From: Candidatus Dojkabacteria bacterium
GTDB taxonomy: Bacteria > Patescibacteriota > Dojkabacteria > JAFGLO01
Length of the DNA stretch: 64,000 bases
Direction: 5' to 3'
Assembly: GCA_016927995.1 (NCBI GenBank)
Contig: JAFGLO010000003.1
Span: 8,791 to 72,790, forward strand
Part shown: positions 1 to 8,908 of the stretch, in pieces
Numbering within the stretch: position 1 is the stretch's first letter
Layout: each line of letters opens with the position of its first letter
The notes under the pieces: model-generated
What the model saw: the letters and a program-made list of their open reading frames with translations, nothing else
The model's database searches: none
What the model was told of the DNA's origin: nothing
Program-made: the position numbers and the translations under genes

Positions 1-330
1 TGTTAAATTTGAGAGAATCACCGTGACCAATTTGTACAAAAAATATATCAGCGAACCAAAAATCATAAGTGACCCCAACGTTTCGTTTTGTTTAAATCCC
101 TTCTTTTTAAAATACCTAATTCCAACATAAACCCCTATGCCGCCAAGCAAAACCAACAACAAAACAAGCAAAATCAAAGGTATAAGCGAAACTACATCTA
201 TCCCGGAACCAAGTCCAAATAGTCCCCAGAAAATTCCAAATACAGTAGCGATAATAATAACAATAACAGAAAAGCCAATCATGGAAAGTCCGATAGTTTT
301 GGATTTAAACTTATGTTCCAAAATATTCAT
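1..330 (-). CDS. Membrane protein, partial (runs off left edge)
   Basis: Manual translation from ATG at 330: MNILEHKFKSKTIGLSMIGFSVIVIIIATVFGIFWGLFG...; open to position 1; several hydrophobic segments. Confidence 0.7.
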   Translation of the reverse strand, partial: MNILEHKFKSKTIGLSMIGFSVIVIIIATVFGIFWGLFGLGSGIDVVSLIPLILLVLLLVLLGGIGVYVGIRYFKKKGFKQNETLGSLMIFGSLIYFLYKLVTVILSNLT

Positions 331-424
331 TATATTTCCCTTTAACTTAGCCACTTATTCAATAGTACAGGACATACTTTCATTTGTAAAATTCGTAAGA
401 CCATATCATTTTCAATCCATTTTG

Positions 425-433
425 TGGTATAAT
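425..433 (+). promoter_or_regulatory. Extended -10 promoter (TGgTATAAT) for the DEAD-box helicase
   Basis: Consensus TG-n-TATAAT about 100 nt upstream of the ATG at 537. Confidence 0.55.
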
Positions 434-536
434 ATCCATCGGAAAATTGTCCAAACTAGGTGATACGATAATTCCTTTAAAGAATAAATCCTCTGCGCGC
501 TAATTTGTACTTATCCTTAAAATACTATGTTAGATA

Positions 537-1808
537 ATGGAAAGAAATCAAAGTCACTACAATTCATCTGGCGGCAGCAGCTACCAAAATAGAAACCGAG
601 ACAGAAGCGGGGGCTACCGTGGATTCAGTAGGCAAAACAGATTTGGAAAAAACAGAGGGTTTAGAAATCAAAGATCAAACCGTGGAAGATTCATAGGTGA
701 AAAAATCCCATACGAAAAGTATATTTCAAAAACAGTAGAAAACTACATTGCCCCGTCAATTTATGCTGAAGATAGGTTGTTTTCGGAATATGCTATATCG
801 GAACTTATAAAAAGAAACATATCATCCAAAGGGTATAACCATCCTACACTTGTACAGTCACAGGCAATTCCACATATCCTACAAGGAAAAGATGTATTAG
901 GCCGCGCAAGTACAGGTTCTGGAAAAACAGGAGCATTCTTAATTCCACTTATTGACAAAGTTCTAAAAGACAAATTACAAAAATGTTTAATAATTGTCCC
1001 AACAAGGGAGCTGGCATCTCAAATACGAACTGAACTTATAGAGCTGTCAAGAGGCTCCGGAATATTCTCTGTCTTAATAATCGGCGGCGTATCCATGGGA
1101 ATGCAAATTAATGATCTTAGGCGAAATCCAAGTTTTATAATTGGAACACCCGGTAGGTTAAAAGACCTTTATGAAAGAAATAAAATTAACTTAGAAACCT
1201 TTAACAATATCGTACTCGACGAAGTCGACAGAATGTTAGACATGGGCTTTATTGGAGATATAACACTCTTAATATCAAAACTAAGAGAAAAGAAACAAAC
1301 ATTATTTTTCTCGGCAACTATGTCATTTGAAGCTGAAAAAATTGCAGATACCCTACTTTCTAATCCTGTTAAACTTAAGATCGAGGAAGAATCTCCTCTT
1401 AAAAGTGTTAATCAAAACGTTGTTATGGTTCAAAATTCCGAACAAAAACTTCCTACCCTTGTGTCACTTCTAACTAAAGAAGAATTTACAAAGGTTTTAA
1501 TCTTTTCAAGAACAAAACACGGAGCCGATAACCTTACAAAGAAATTAAAAGCTCAAAATTTAAGGGTCGAGGCTATTCACGGAAATAAAACCCAGCAAAA
1601 GCGACTTAGAGTTATTTCTGATTTTAAGCTAAACCGTATTAATATTTTAGTTGCAACCGACGTCGCCGCCAGGGGCTTAGATATTCCAAATGTTTCACAC
1701 GTAATTAACTACGACGAACCTCAAACATTTAAAGATTATATCCATAGAATCGGTAGAACCGGTCGAGCAGGCAAGCCCGGAAATGCACTTACCTTTGTGG
1801 GGTGTTAG
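537..1808 (+). CDS. DEAD-box RNA helicase with Arg/Gly-rich N-terminal tail
   Basis: Motifs TGSGKT, PTRELA, TPGRL, DEVD, SAT, ARGLD, HRIGRTGR. Confidence 0.95.
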   Translation: MERNQSHYNSSGGSSYQNRNRDRSGGYRGFSRQNRFGKNRGFRNQRSNRGRFIGEKIPYEKYISKTVENYIAPSIYAEDRLFSEYAISELIKRNISSKGYNHPTLVQSQAIPHILQGKDVLGRASTGSGKTGAFLIPLIDKVLKDKLQKCLIIVPTRELASQIRTELIELSRGSGIFSVLIIGGVSMGMQINDLRRNPSFIIGTPGRLKDLYERNKINLETFNNIVLDEVDRMLDMGFIGDITLLISKLREKKQTLFFSATMSFEAEKIADTLLSNPVKLKIEEESPLKSVNQNVVMVQNSEQKLPTLVSLLTKEEFTKVLIFSRTKHGADNLTKKLKAQNLRVEAIHGNKTQQKRLRVISDFKLNRINILVATDVAARGLDIPNVSHVINYDEPQTFKDYIHRIGRTGRAGKPGNALTFVGC

Positions 1809-2214
1809 AAAGTAAATCAAAAACTATATCTTTCGAAAATTCTCCGAACTCATTAACCTTAATTACCTTATCAGATATAAATCCTAAATGACCTAGCTCT
1901 TCCGTTTCTCCAATAACAATTGTAACAACTTTTAGACCTACCCCTTTTGCAAACCCAGCTTCAAGACACATTCCCCTCCCAACTCCGCCTTTGGAAACAA
2001 TATTAACAAGCATGTCACACTCTTTAATTTTTGAAAACGCCTTAAGCATTACTTCTTCTTCCGAATCTTGTATTCTTCCCCAGTCTTCTTCGTCTCGAAG
2101 GTAAATATAAGTGCTATGACCCGTCTCTTCAAATATTTTTGAGATCTTTTCAAGAAGGCTTTTAACCTCCTTAACACTTTGACCCCCGAACTTATATGTA
2201 AGATAAATTTTCAT
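1789..2214 (-). CDS. Nucleoside 2-deoxyribosyltransferase / Rcl-like N-glycosidase family protein
   Basis: KIYL start, IKECDMLV and G-x-x-x-E-x-G-x-A (GMCLEAGFA) motif; 141 aa. Confidence 0.65.
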   Translation of the reverse strand: MKIYLTYKFGGQSVKEVKSLLEKISKIFEETGHSTYIYLRDEEDWGRIQDSEEEVMLKAFSKIKECDMLVNIVSKGGVGRGMCLEAGFAKGVGLKVVTIVIGETEELGHLGFISDKVIKVNEFGEFSKDIVFDLLSNTPQR

Positions 2215-2215
2215 A

Positions 2216-2674
2216 TTAAACCTGTTTAATTAATTCTGCTTTTCCAGTTTTTCCAACTTTTTCGCAGATTTCTAACTCATGAGTAAGATTTAACCCAAGA
2301 ATACTAAATGGCAAAGTCCCTTTTATCTCAACCAAATTTTCAGGATTCATGTGTCCAAAGTAATGTGAGCCAGGATAAGTTATCGCGTCAAAGAATTCGA
2401 CTTCTGTGCCAGCTACGTCAATAAATAGGTGAGAAAATGGAAGCTCAGCATCCCCCTTTGGCTCTTTACAATATTTCTTGACTTTGATGGACCCTAGCTT
2501 TGCAATCTCTTGCACTGTTTCAAAATCGGTAGCAAAATCTATGTCCTTTTTAGGCACTACATTTACGCCCTGCAAAAGTAGATTAACACTACCAATAAGA
2601 AAACCCTTGGCACGCAACTCCTCGGGCAGCGGCGTTAATGTAGCGATAATTAAACTTTCGAACTGCGAAACCAA
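2216..2674 (-). CDS. Minimal nucleotidyltransferase-fold protein
   Basis: hGS...DxD signature (LIGSVNLLLQG...KDIDF) plus a later acidic strand (EVEFF); TTG start. Confidence 0.6.
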   Translation of the reverse strand: MVSQFESLIIATLTPLPEELRAKGFLIGSVNLLLQGVNVVPKKDIDFATDFETVQEIAKLGSIKVKKYCKEPKGDAELPFSHLFIDVAGTEVEFFDAITYPGSHYFGHMNPENLVEIKGTLPFSILGLNLTHELEICEKVGKTGKAELIKQV

Positions 2675-2784
2675 GTCTAGTGAAATGCCTTTGTTAATAA
2701 CAGATTTTCTAAAAATTGATTACAGTATTATCTGCTATCCATCTCTCTTTTTCAAGAAAACATTTCCTGTTATACTTAACCATT

Positions 2785-3633
2785 ATGATAGAACTTCCAG
2801 AAGCAAAAGTACTCTCGGAACAGCTTACAAAATCGGTTAAGGGAAAAACTGTTGCCACTGTAATTGCAAATCAGAGTCCACACAAATTTGCCTGGTTTAA
2901 AGATGATCCAAAAGATTATTCAAAAAAACTTTCAGGTGGAAAGGTTTTAAAAGCCGAACCTATAGGCGGATATCTACAAGTCAAATTTGGCGAGGCCACA
3001 ATAGTTTTCGGTGAAGGAATAAACTTACGGTTCCTTGGAAAAGACGCAAAACGTCCACCCAAACATCAATTGCTACTTGAATTTGCCGACGGAACTGCAC
3101 TTTGTGCCTCTGTCCAAATGTACGGCGGACTCTGGCTTTATACCAAATCAGAAAAAATCGACAACAAATACATTACAGGTGCCATTCAAAAACCCTCTCC
3201 TTATACCAAAGAATTTACTAAAGCCTATTTTGACAAACTCATAAACGATGAATCTGTTCAAAAATTAAGTATCAAAGCATTCTTAGCTACAGAGCAGCGA
3301 ATCCCAGGTTTAGGGAATGGAGTCCTTCAGGACATATTGTACAATGCTAAACTTCACCCAAAACAAAAGATAATGAATCTATCAAACTCCGAAAAATCAA
3401 CCCTGTTCAAATCGGTAACGGACATACTCTTAGAAATGGCTACAAAAGGAGGACGCGATGTTGAAACAGATTTATTTGGAAATCCCGGCGGATTTATTTG
3501 TCAGGTTAGTAAAAATACCGTTGGCAAGCCTTGTCCAAAGTGCAAGTCAAAAATTGTTAAACTTGCTTATATGGGTGGGAGCGTATATTTTTGCCCAGAC
3601 TGTCAAAAAGAAACTGTCAGCAAGAGAGGTTAA
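2785..3633 (+). CDS. Fpg/Nei (endonuclease VIII-like) DNA glycosylase family
   Basis: N-terminal MIELPE, H2TH motif (IPGLGNGVLQDIL), C-terminal zinc finger CPKC...FCPDCQ; start set at ATG 2785. Confidence 0.85.
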   Translation: MIELPEAKVLSEQLTKSVKGKTVATVIANQSPHKFAWFKDDPKDYSKKLSGGKVLKAEPIGGYLQVKFGEATIVFGEGINLRFLGKDAKRPPKHQLLLEFADGTALCASVQMYGGLWLYTKSEKIDNKYITGAIQKPSPYTKEFTKAYFDKLINDESVQKLSIKAFLATEQRIPGLGNGVLQDILYNAKLHPKQKIMNLSNSEKSTLFKSVTDILLEMATKGGRDVETDLFGNPGGFICQVSKNTVGKPCPKCKSKIVKLAYMGGSVYFCPDCQKETVSKRG

Positions 3634-3707
3634 AGTCCTGTTTTCAGTTTTTGCTTTTTCTTTCTCGATGCACTAAAAAGTAATAAATAAAGAATGCTTT
3701 GTTATCC

Positions 3708-4796
3708 CTAGTATGAGATAACGGTGAGTGTCATATTTATACTATATATACCAGCAGGCTGCTCACCGGGAATCTTTTGTGAGATACCTATATTCGTAAT
3801 ATCCCAGGAACAAGGTGCCGTAGTACTTGCACCAGCAGTAAGTAATACAATTGAGTCTACAACCCCCTCAGAAAATGAATTAACTGATCCTACAGATATA
3901 CCAGTCGTTGAACACATCGCATCGGGGGTAATAATCATTGTTGACGGATCAATTGTCATCTGCCCTCCGAATAGATCTATATCAGCACCATCGCCCACAT
4001 ATTCAGTTGGATCATTATAGTCGTATGAGTTTATGGAATCACTCCATAAAGCTAACGGACCTTCGGTAGCTGCAATTGTTAGGATCCATGATTCATTAGC
4101 CGTTCCGTTATCTATCCTTATCTTTTGAGAATCTGTACCCAGAACCCCTGTAGATGTCTGAGAATAAATGGAAATCGGGACCTGAGACATCTCAACAGTT
4201 GGGGTTAAAACCGGATTACCATCTGTATCAACAATATCAACCGTAAGGGAACCGGTAGACGGATAATCAATCAGGATATAAACATATTCTAAGTTTATAT
4301 CCTGCGGTCCAGCAGTATCGTTATTTTGAATCTCGAGCCAGACTCCATTAGCAAGGTGTGTTGTTGTTAACCCCGGACAATCTATAAAGTCCCTTGTTTC
4401 TGATGCATACTGCGGAGCAGGATCAACACTACAGATTATATTCCCATCGAGGGAATCTCTAAGATACACGCCCCATGTACCCGATAACGTCCCGTAAGAG
4501 TCATAATATAATCTGGCAGAGGTTATATTATCAAGGATTATAGTCTGAAAAGGTGCATCTAGTACATCTCCCTTTGTGAGTGCATAACTTACGGAATCAT
4601 CCACTGTTATTGCCGACAGACATTCAGGTGACTGTTTGTTATTAATTAAACAGTTAGTAACAATAAGGGTTGCAGTGTCGGCATAGACATAATTTAACTT
4701 ATCGAACAAGAGAGAAAAATACAAAGAACTAACCGATACAAACAATAAACAAAGCGCAAAAGGTTTTTTGTAATTATGCTCTCGATAATCTCGCAT
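3708..4796 (-). CDS. Secreted protein with C-terminal WxL-like domain
   Basis: Signal peptide; C-terminal ~180 aa closely paralogous to 5960..6661; WIL motif and terminal PAGIYSINMTLT. Confidence 0.6.
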   Translation of the reverse strand: MRDYREHNYKKPFALCLLFVSVSSLYFSLLFDKLNYVYADTATLIVTNCLINNKQSPECLSAITVDDSVSYALTKGDVLDAPFQTIILDNITSARLYYDSYGTLSGTWGVYLRDSLDGNIICSVDPAPQYASETRDFIDCPGLTTTHLANGVWLEIQNNDTAGPQDINLEYVYILIDYPSTGSLTVDIVDTDGNPVLTPTVEMSQVPISIYSQTSTGVLGTDSQKIRIDNGTANESWILTIAATEGPLALWSDSINSYDYNDPTEYVGDGADIDLFGGQMTIDPSTMIITPDAMCSTTGISVGSVNSFSEGVVDSIVLLTAGASTTAPCSWDITNIGISQKIPGEQPAGIYSINMTLTVISY

Positions 4797-4809
4797 GTCT
4801 ATTTCTATA

Positions 4810-5937
4810 CTATTTACTAGGTGGCACTTTTATCTTTTTACCAACATTTAGTTTGTCCTCAGGCTTAATCTTGTTAACAAGAGCAATTAGCCGACTTGAG
4901 ACCTTGTATTTCTCGGAGAGTTTGGAGATTGTGTCACCAGGCTTAACGCCGTATTCAATCCAATCCTTGGAAAGCCTCTTATCTGCCGAATATACAAAAA
5001 CATAATAAATTAGTGAGCCAACTACACATAAGGCTGAAACACATACGGCAACTACAGTTGCCTTTGGCATAATCCAGATTGTATCAGTTGCAGTTAGTGT
5101 AACGAAATCCGAATCACCTGACCCATTATTAAAGTTGTTTTTATCATAAGTAACCTTCAAATTAAGATAATGAGGTCCACCCCAATCTGACTGTTTGAAT
5201 TGGAACATTAGGATCGATTCCTGTTCCCTATATGTTGTATATGTGCTCGAAATTTTACCCAGTTCATTGCCAAAAACATCTTTTACAGTAAGCTCAACGG
5301 CGGCATCAATTGAAACTGTTCCATTATTCTTGAGAACAGGCTTCACAATAATTAAATCACCCTCAATCTTCGTGTCCATTCTTACTAATTCCAAGTCCCG
5401 TATCAAATCACCCGGAACAGTAACAACAAGTCTTATTGCTTTTCTAATCGAAAGATTGATTCCTGGCTCAAGTTCATTAGTATTTTTTTCCTGAATAACT
5501 ATACATCCGTTATTCTCTCCGACATCAGCAGAATCCGGAACACTAATCTTAAAGTCCACTATTGCACTTGAATTTGGATCCAAAGTTAACTCTTCAACAT
5601 CCATTGTTACCCAACTACCAACCTCCTCACGAGCCTCTGCATACTGTCTACAACCAAACCCACCATCACTTGAGATAATTTTATCTGCAGGATAAACAAT
5701 AACCGTCTTTGTTTCATTTGTATAGTTTGTAATGAGAATTCCGTCGGTTGCTTCTTCTCCAATATCCAGTTCGTGGATAAATATTGACTCCGTTCTGGGA
5801 TTATCATCTCGAGGATATGCAGGAAGCCCATTTATTTTAGTACTTATGTTGTCTTCCGCAAAGACCGGGGTCAAGTTAAGAAGCATTAAGAATAAAAAGA
5901 AAAATACCATTAAAATAGTATTAGCTAGCTTCCTCAT
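4810..5937 (-). CDS. DUF916/WxL-interacting-like protein with C-terminal TM helix and LysM
   Basis: Signal peptide; VYPAD, VGSWV, ISVP, NNGTV pattern typical of DUF916/DUF3324; TM helix; YGVKPGDTISKLSEKY...N LysM motif. Confidence 0.7.
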   Translation of the reverse strand: MRKLANTILMVFFFLFLMLLNLTPVFAEDNISTKINGLPAYPRDDNPRTESIFIHELDIGEEATDGILITNYTNETKTVIVYPADKIISSDGGFGCRQYAEAREEVGSWVTMDVEELTLDPNSSAIVDFKISVPDSADVGENNGCIVIQEKNTNELEPGINLSIRKAIRLVVTVPGDLIRDLELVRMDTKIEGDLIIVKPVLKNNGTVSIDAAVELTVKDVFGNELGKISSTYTTYREQESILMFQFKQSDWGGPHYLNLKVTYDKNNFNNGSGDSDFVTLTATDTIWIMPKATVVAVCVSALCVVGSLIYYVFVYSADKRLSKDWIEYGVKPGDTISKLSEKYKVSSRLIALVNKIKPEDKLNVGKKIKVPPSK

Positions 5938-5959
5938 TTAATTTAAAAATTAATTTAAG

Positions 5960-6661
5960 TTATTGAGCAGTAATTGTCAACACAAGACTTATCGCATAAT
6001 CTGAGGCCGGTGGTTGTTCCGCAGGTATTAACTGCGAAATACTTACGCCCGTTAGCACCCAGTCACCAACACTATCAGATGATGATGAACCTGTCATTAG
6101 AGTTATACTATCTATATTTCCTTCCTCGAAAGAAGCCTCGGATCCTAGCGATATGTTATTGGTTGTGCAAGAGGAACAGTTCCCCACTGCTAAATTTGCC
6201 GTTGAGGGGTTAATTGTCATCTGACCTCCAAACCAGTCAGGATCCAACCCATCTAAACATCCGGCATCGTCATTAAAGTCATAATCAACACCGGCACTTT
6301 CCCATAATGCAGTCGGAGAAGAGGCCGCTATTGTAAGATTCCATCCGGCTGAGGTTGCTCCGGGATTCACAATATATATTTGTTGATTACTAATTCCCAG
6401 AGTACCTGTTGAGGTTTGACAAGAAAAACTGAAATCCCTGCTACTCATTACAACAAGTGGGAAAGGAACCGAAACATAAGAAGAATCTACGAGATCAACG
6501 GAAAGTGTTCCGGGATTTATTGTTTGACCAAAGCCAGATGTACTAGATAATACATCCGTCTTCTTCGATTCAACGTTGTTAAGATATAAGGTTGCTCCGC
6601 AGAAAACAAGTGATAATACAATGAATAAAACTGCAAATTTCTTGTCTCTAAGCTTGCTCAT
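5960..6661 (-). CDS. Secreted WxL-like single-domain protein
   Basis: N-terminal hydrophobic segment; GWNL motif; terminal IPAEQP..DYAISLVLTIT. Confidence 0.6.
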   Translation of the reverse strand: MSKLRDKKFAVLFIVLSLVFCGATLYLNNVESKKTDVLSSTSGFGQTINPGTLSVDLVDSSYVSVPFPLVVMSSRDFSFSCQTSTGTLGISNQQIYIVNPGATSAGWNLTIAASSPTALWESAGVDYDFNDDAGCLDGLDPDWFGGQMTINPSTANLAVGNCSSCTTNNISLGSEASFEEGNIDSITLMTGSSSSDSVGDWVLTGVSISQLIPAEQPPASDYAISLVLTITAQ

Positions 6662-6759
6662 AGAGAAGATTTCATTAAAATTAATTTACTCCATAATAGA
6701 AAACTATAATGATTCTGTCAATGTTTACTTGTTTTTAAGAGGAATCAAAATCTAAAGTC

Positions 6760-8181
6760 CTATTGCACACTATCAATTTCCCTACCAACAATATCAACAA
6801 CCAACTGATCAAGAGCGCTTACTGTATACTTATCATCCGAAACATGATAATCGGTACCACCGCTTGAGTTAGTTATAAACACATACCTAGCATTCGTTAT
6901 AAGTGCAACTGTTCTATAAATAAGCTCGCCCTCGGTATTATCAAGTCCACTTGAGGCAATAGGATAAATTTTTATACCAAGTTCTGCACTTCTAAGTGCT
7001 GCAATTCTGTAGTCATAGTCCTGACCATAATCATTATGAGGAGGAGCGTCAGCCACTAAAAAAGCAACTCTAACTGCATTTTTGTTAGTTGACCAGCTAA
7101 GTTGTTCCATTGTGTCTTTGAGTGCGCTGTTAACATCTTCTGGATAATCGCCGCCACCACTTGCCACAATTGAAGAAAGATTAATCTTAAATTCTTCAAG
7201 ATTATCGGTAAAGTCGTAGACCCTTGTAACATACTCATCTGTTACGTCCCTATAAATTACCATACCATATCTTATCTTGGGAGCATTTTCCAAAACACTT
7301 ATCTTGCTGGAGATTGAACTCATGGTTTCCTTTAACTTATCAATCTGATCACCCATTGAACCGGTTGTATCAATTACGAAAACTAAATCAAGTGTTAAAT
7401 CTGTTAAATTATCAGTGTTACTTGTAAGTCCAATATTCCACGAAGGATCCGAATCAGAAAAAGAATATGATTTATCACCAATAGTTATAGAATATGAAGT
7501 TGCTAGCTCACCACTACTTTGTTGCCCCACATTTGTATATAGTGCCGGGAAGAAATAGATCTTGCCATCGGCATCGGTAACTAGTTTGTATGTAACACCA
7601 TTTGACCCATTAATAATAAGCTCCTGACCCAAAACAGCTTTTCCGGAGGCATCAGTAACACTTATCTCATATCGCTTGGAAAGTAGCACGTCGGTTAAAG
7701 CAGGGTGAGACTGCGAAGCAACGTATGAAATAAAATCCGAAAAATACTTATTATCATCAATTTCACCGCCTGAAAGCGGACTTGAATCAATAACATTTTC
7801 GCCAGTACCCATTTCGTAATAACTGTCGTCACCTGAATAGCCTGCCGAGTCAAGGACTAAACTTGTTGTAACCGGAGCCGTTTTACTTTCCTTAGAAAAC
7901 AAACTAAATCCCAATATCGAAGAATCACTGCGACTACCGCCCCTGCGATCATAAGATCCCACCCGTTCACAATATTCACCCTTGTCCAATAGTTCATCTT
8001 TTACATAGTCCGGAAAAAGATTTCCTAAAAGATAAGAAGTGGTATCCAAAGGATCACCAACCGGTTTTTTAAAAAAATTATATGCTAAAACCCCACCCAC
8101 AACCAAAAGTCCAAGCCAGCCAAAGACATAAATCCCCACAAAAGGAGAAACCAGGTTTTTAAGAATCTTGCGCTTATCCAT
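6760..8181 (-). CDS. Membrane-anchored von Willebrand factor A domain protein
   Basis: N-terminal TM; MIDAS DLVFVIDTTGSM, GGGDYPE, VADAPPH. Confidence 0.85.
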   Translation of the reverse strand: MDKRKILKNLVSPFVGIYVFGWLGLLVVGGVLAYNFFKKPVGDPLDTTSYLLGNLFPDYVKDELLDKGEYCERVGSYDRRGGSRSDSSILGFSLFSKESKTAPVTTSLVLDSAGYSGDDSYYEMGTGENVIDSSPLSGGEIDDNKYFSDFISYVASQSHPALTDVLLSKRYEISVTDASGKAVLGQELIINGSNGVTYKLVTDADGKIYFFPALYTNVGQQSSGELATSYSITIGDKSYSFSDSDPSWNIGLTSNTDNLTDLTLDLVFVIDTTGSMGDQIDKLKETMSSISSKISVLENAPKIRYGMVIYRDVTDEYVTRVYDFTDNLEEFKINLSSIVASGGGDYPEDVNSALKDTMEQLSWSTNKNAVRVAFLVADAPPHNDYGQDYDYRIAALRSAELGIKIYPIASSGLDNTEGELIYRTVALITNARYVFITNSSGGTDYHVSDDKYTVSALDQLVVDIVGREIDSVQ

Positions 8182-8235
8182 AAAACTTAAAATAAAATTA
8201 GTTTCATAGATATAGATACGGGAGGTTACAGTGGG

Positions 8236-8563
8236 CAGTGAAATAGTGAAATAGTAATCCGGAAGATACCTATGAGAGAAGTGGCAAGCTTTAACAAAAA
8301 AGATAAAATAGATAAAGGGTTCACTTCGAACACAGGAATCGACGGAAGCTTAAGCAGTGAAGTAGTAAAGTAGTGAAATAGTGAAGTAATCCTCCGGAAG
8401 ATACCTATGAGAGAAGTGGCAAGCTTTAACACAAAGGCAAAACAGATAAAGGGTTCACTTCGAACATAGGAATCGACGGAAGCTTGTGCAGTAAAACAGT
8501 GAAGTAGTGAAACAGTAATCCGGAAGATACCTATGAGAGAAGTGGCAAGCTTTAACAAAAAAA
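8236..8563. repeat. Tandem array of 2.5 units (periods 135 and 126 bp): 88-89 nt interrupted hairpin plus (AGTGAART)n-type linker
   Basis: 39-bp core TCCGGAAGATACCTATGAGAGAAGTGGCAAGCTTTAACA at 8258, 8393 and 8519; hairpins 8258-8346 and 8393-8480. Confidence 0.95.
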
Positions 8564-8889
8564 TGTATAAGAAACCTACCTCTGGAATTATGTAGCATAA
8601 CCGCAGAAATATCTGCCTCAAAAACCTCATCGGGGTTAAGGTTAATTCCTGTCTCTTCCCTAAGCTCTCGAACGGCGCAAGCTTCTAATGACTCATCAGC
8701 TTCAGGGTCAAACTTGCCTCCGGGAAAGGTTATTTGTAAAAGGTCTTCATCTGCAGGAGCTATACGTTGCGAAACTAATACAAGAGGGTTATTATCTTCA
8801 CCTACAGCCCAAACTATAACCGCAACCACAGGGGTTCCCTCTCGTTGTTCAAATTCGCAAGTAGGGCAGATTGCATGAGGCCTATTCAT
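8455..8889 (-). CDS. NUDIX hydrolase, C-terminus apparently replaced by repeat-derived sequence
   Basis: FPGGK...ESLEACAVRELREETGI Nudix box; last ~35 codons lie inside the repeat array. Confidence 0.7.
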   Translation of the reverse strand: MNRPHAICPTCEFEQREGTPVVAVIVWAVGEDNNPLVLVSQRIAPADEDLLQITFPGGKFDPEADESLEACAVRELREETGINLNPDEVFEADISAVMLHNSRGRFLIHFFVKACHFSHRYLPDYCFTTSLFYCTSFRRFLCSK

Positions 8890-8908
8890 GCCAGATTATA
8901 TCACCTAG

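Noticed and set aside
137-463. 108-aa plus-strand ORF and the many other short antisense ORFs in the track
   Set aside because: Shadow frames of longer genes on the opposite strand; no motifs
440-475. Hairpin in the DEAD-box helicase leader as a riboswitch or thermosensor
   Set aside because: Only one modest AT-rich stem; no recognisable motif
8320-8332. GTTC-N5-GAAC as an SOS box near recX/recO
   Set aside because: Does not match LexA boxes I know (e.g. GAAC-N4-GTTC) and is explained as part of the hairpin arm
8236-8563. CRISPR array
   Set aside because: The 39-bp core repeats, but the ~90-bp intervening segments are near-copies of each other and pair with the core; no cas genes in the window
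8226-8630. 134-aa ORF across the repeat array
   Set aside because: The second conserved block is read in different frames in successive units, and the other loci do not keep the frame; likely a by-product of a stop-poor pyrimidine-rich strand
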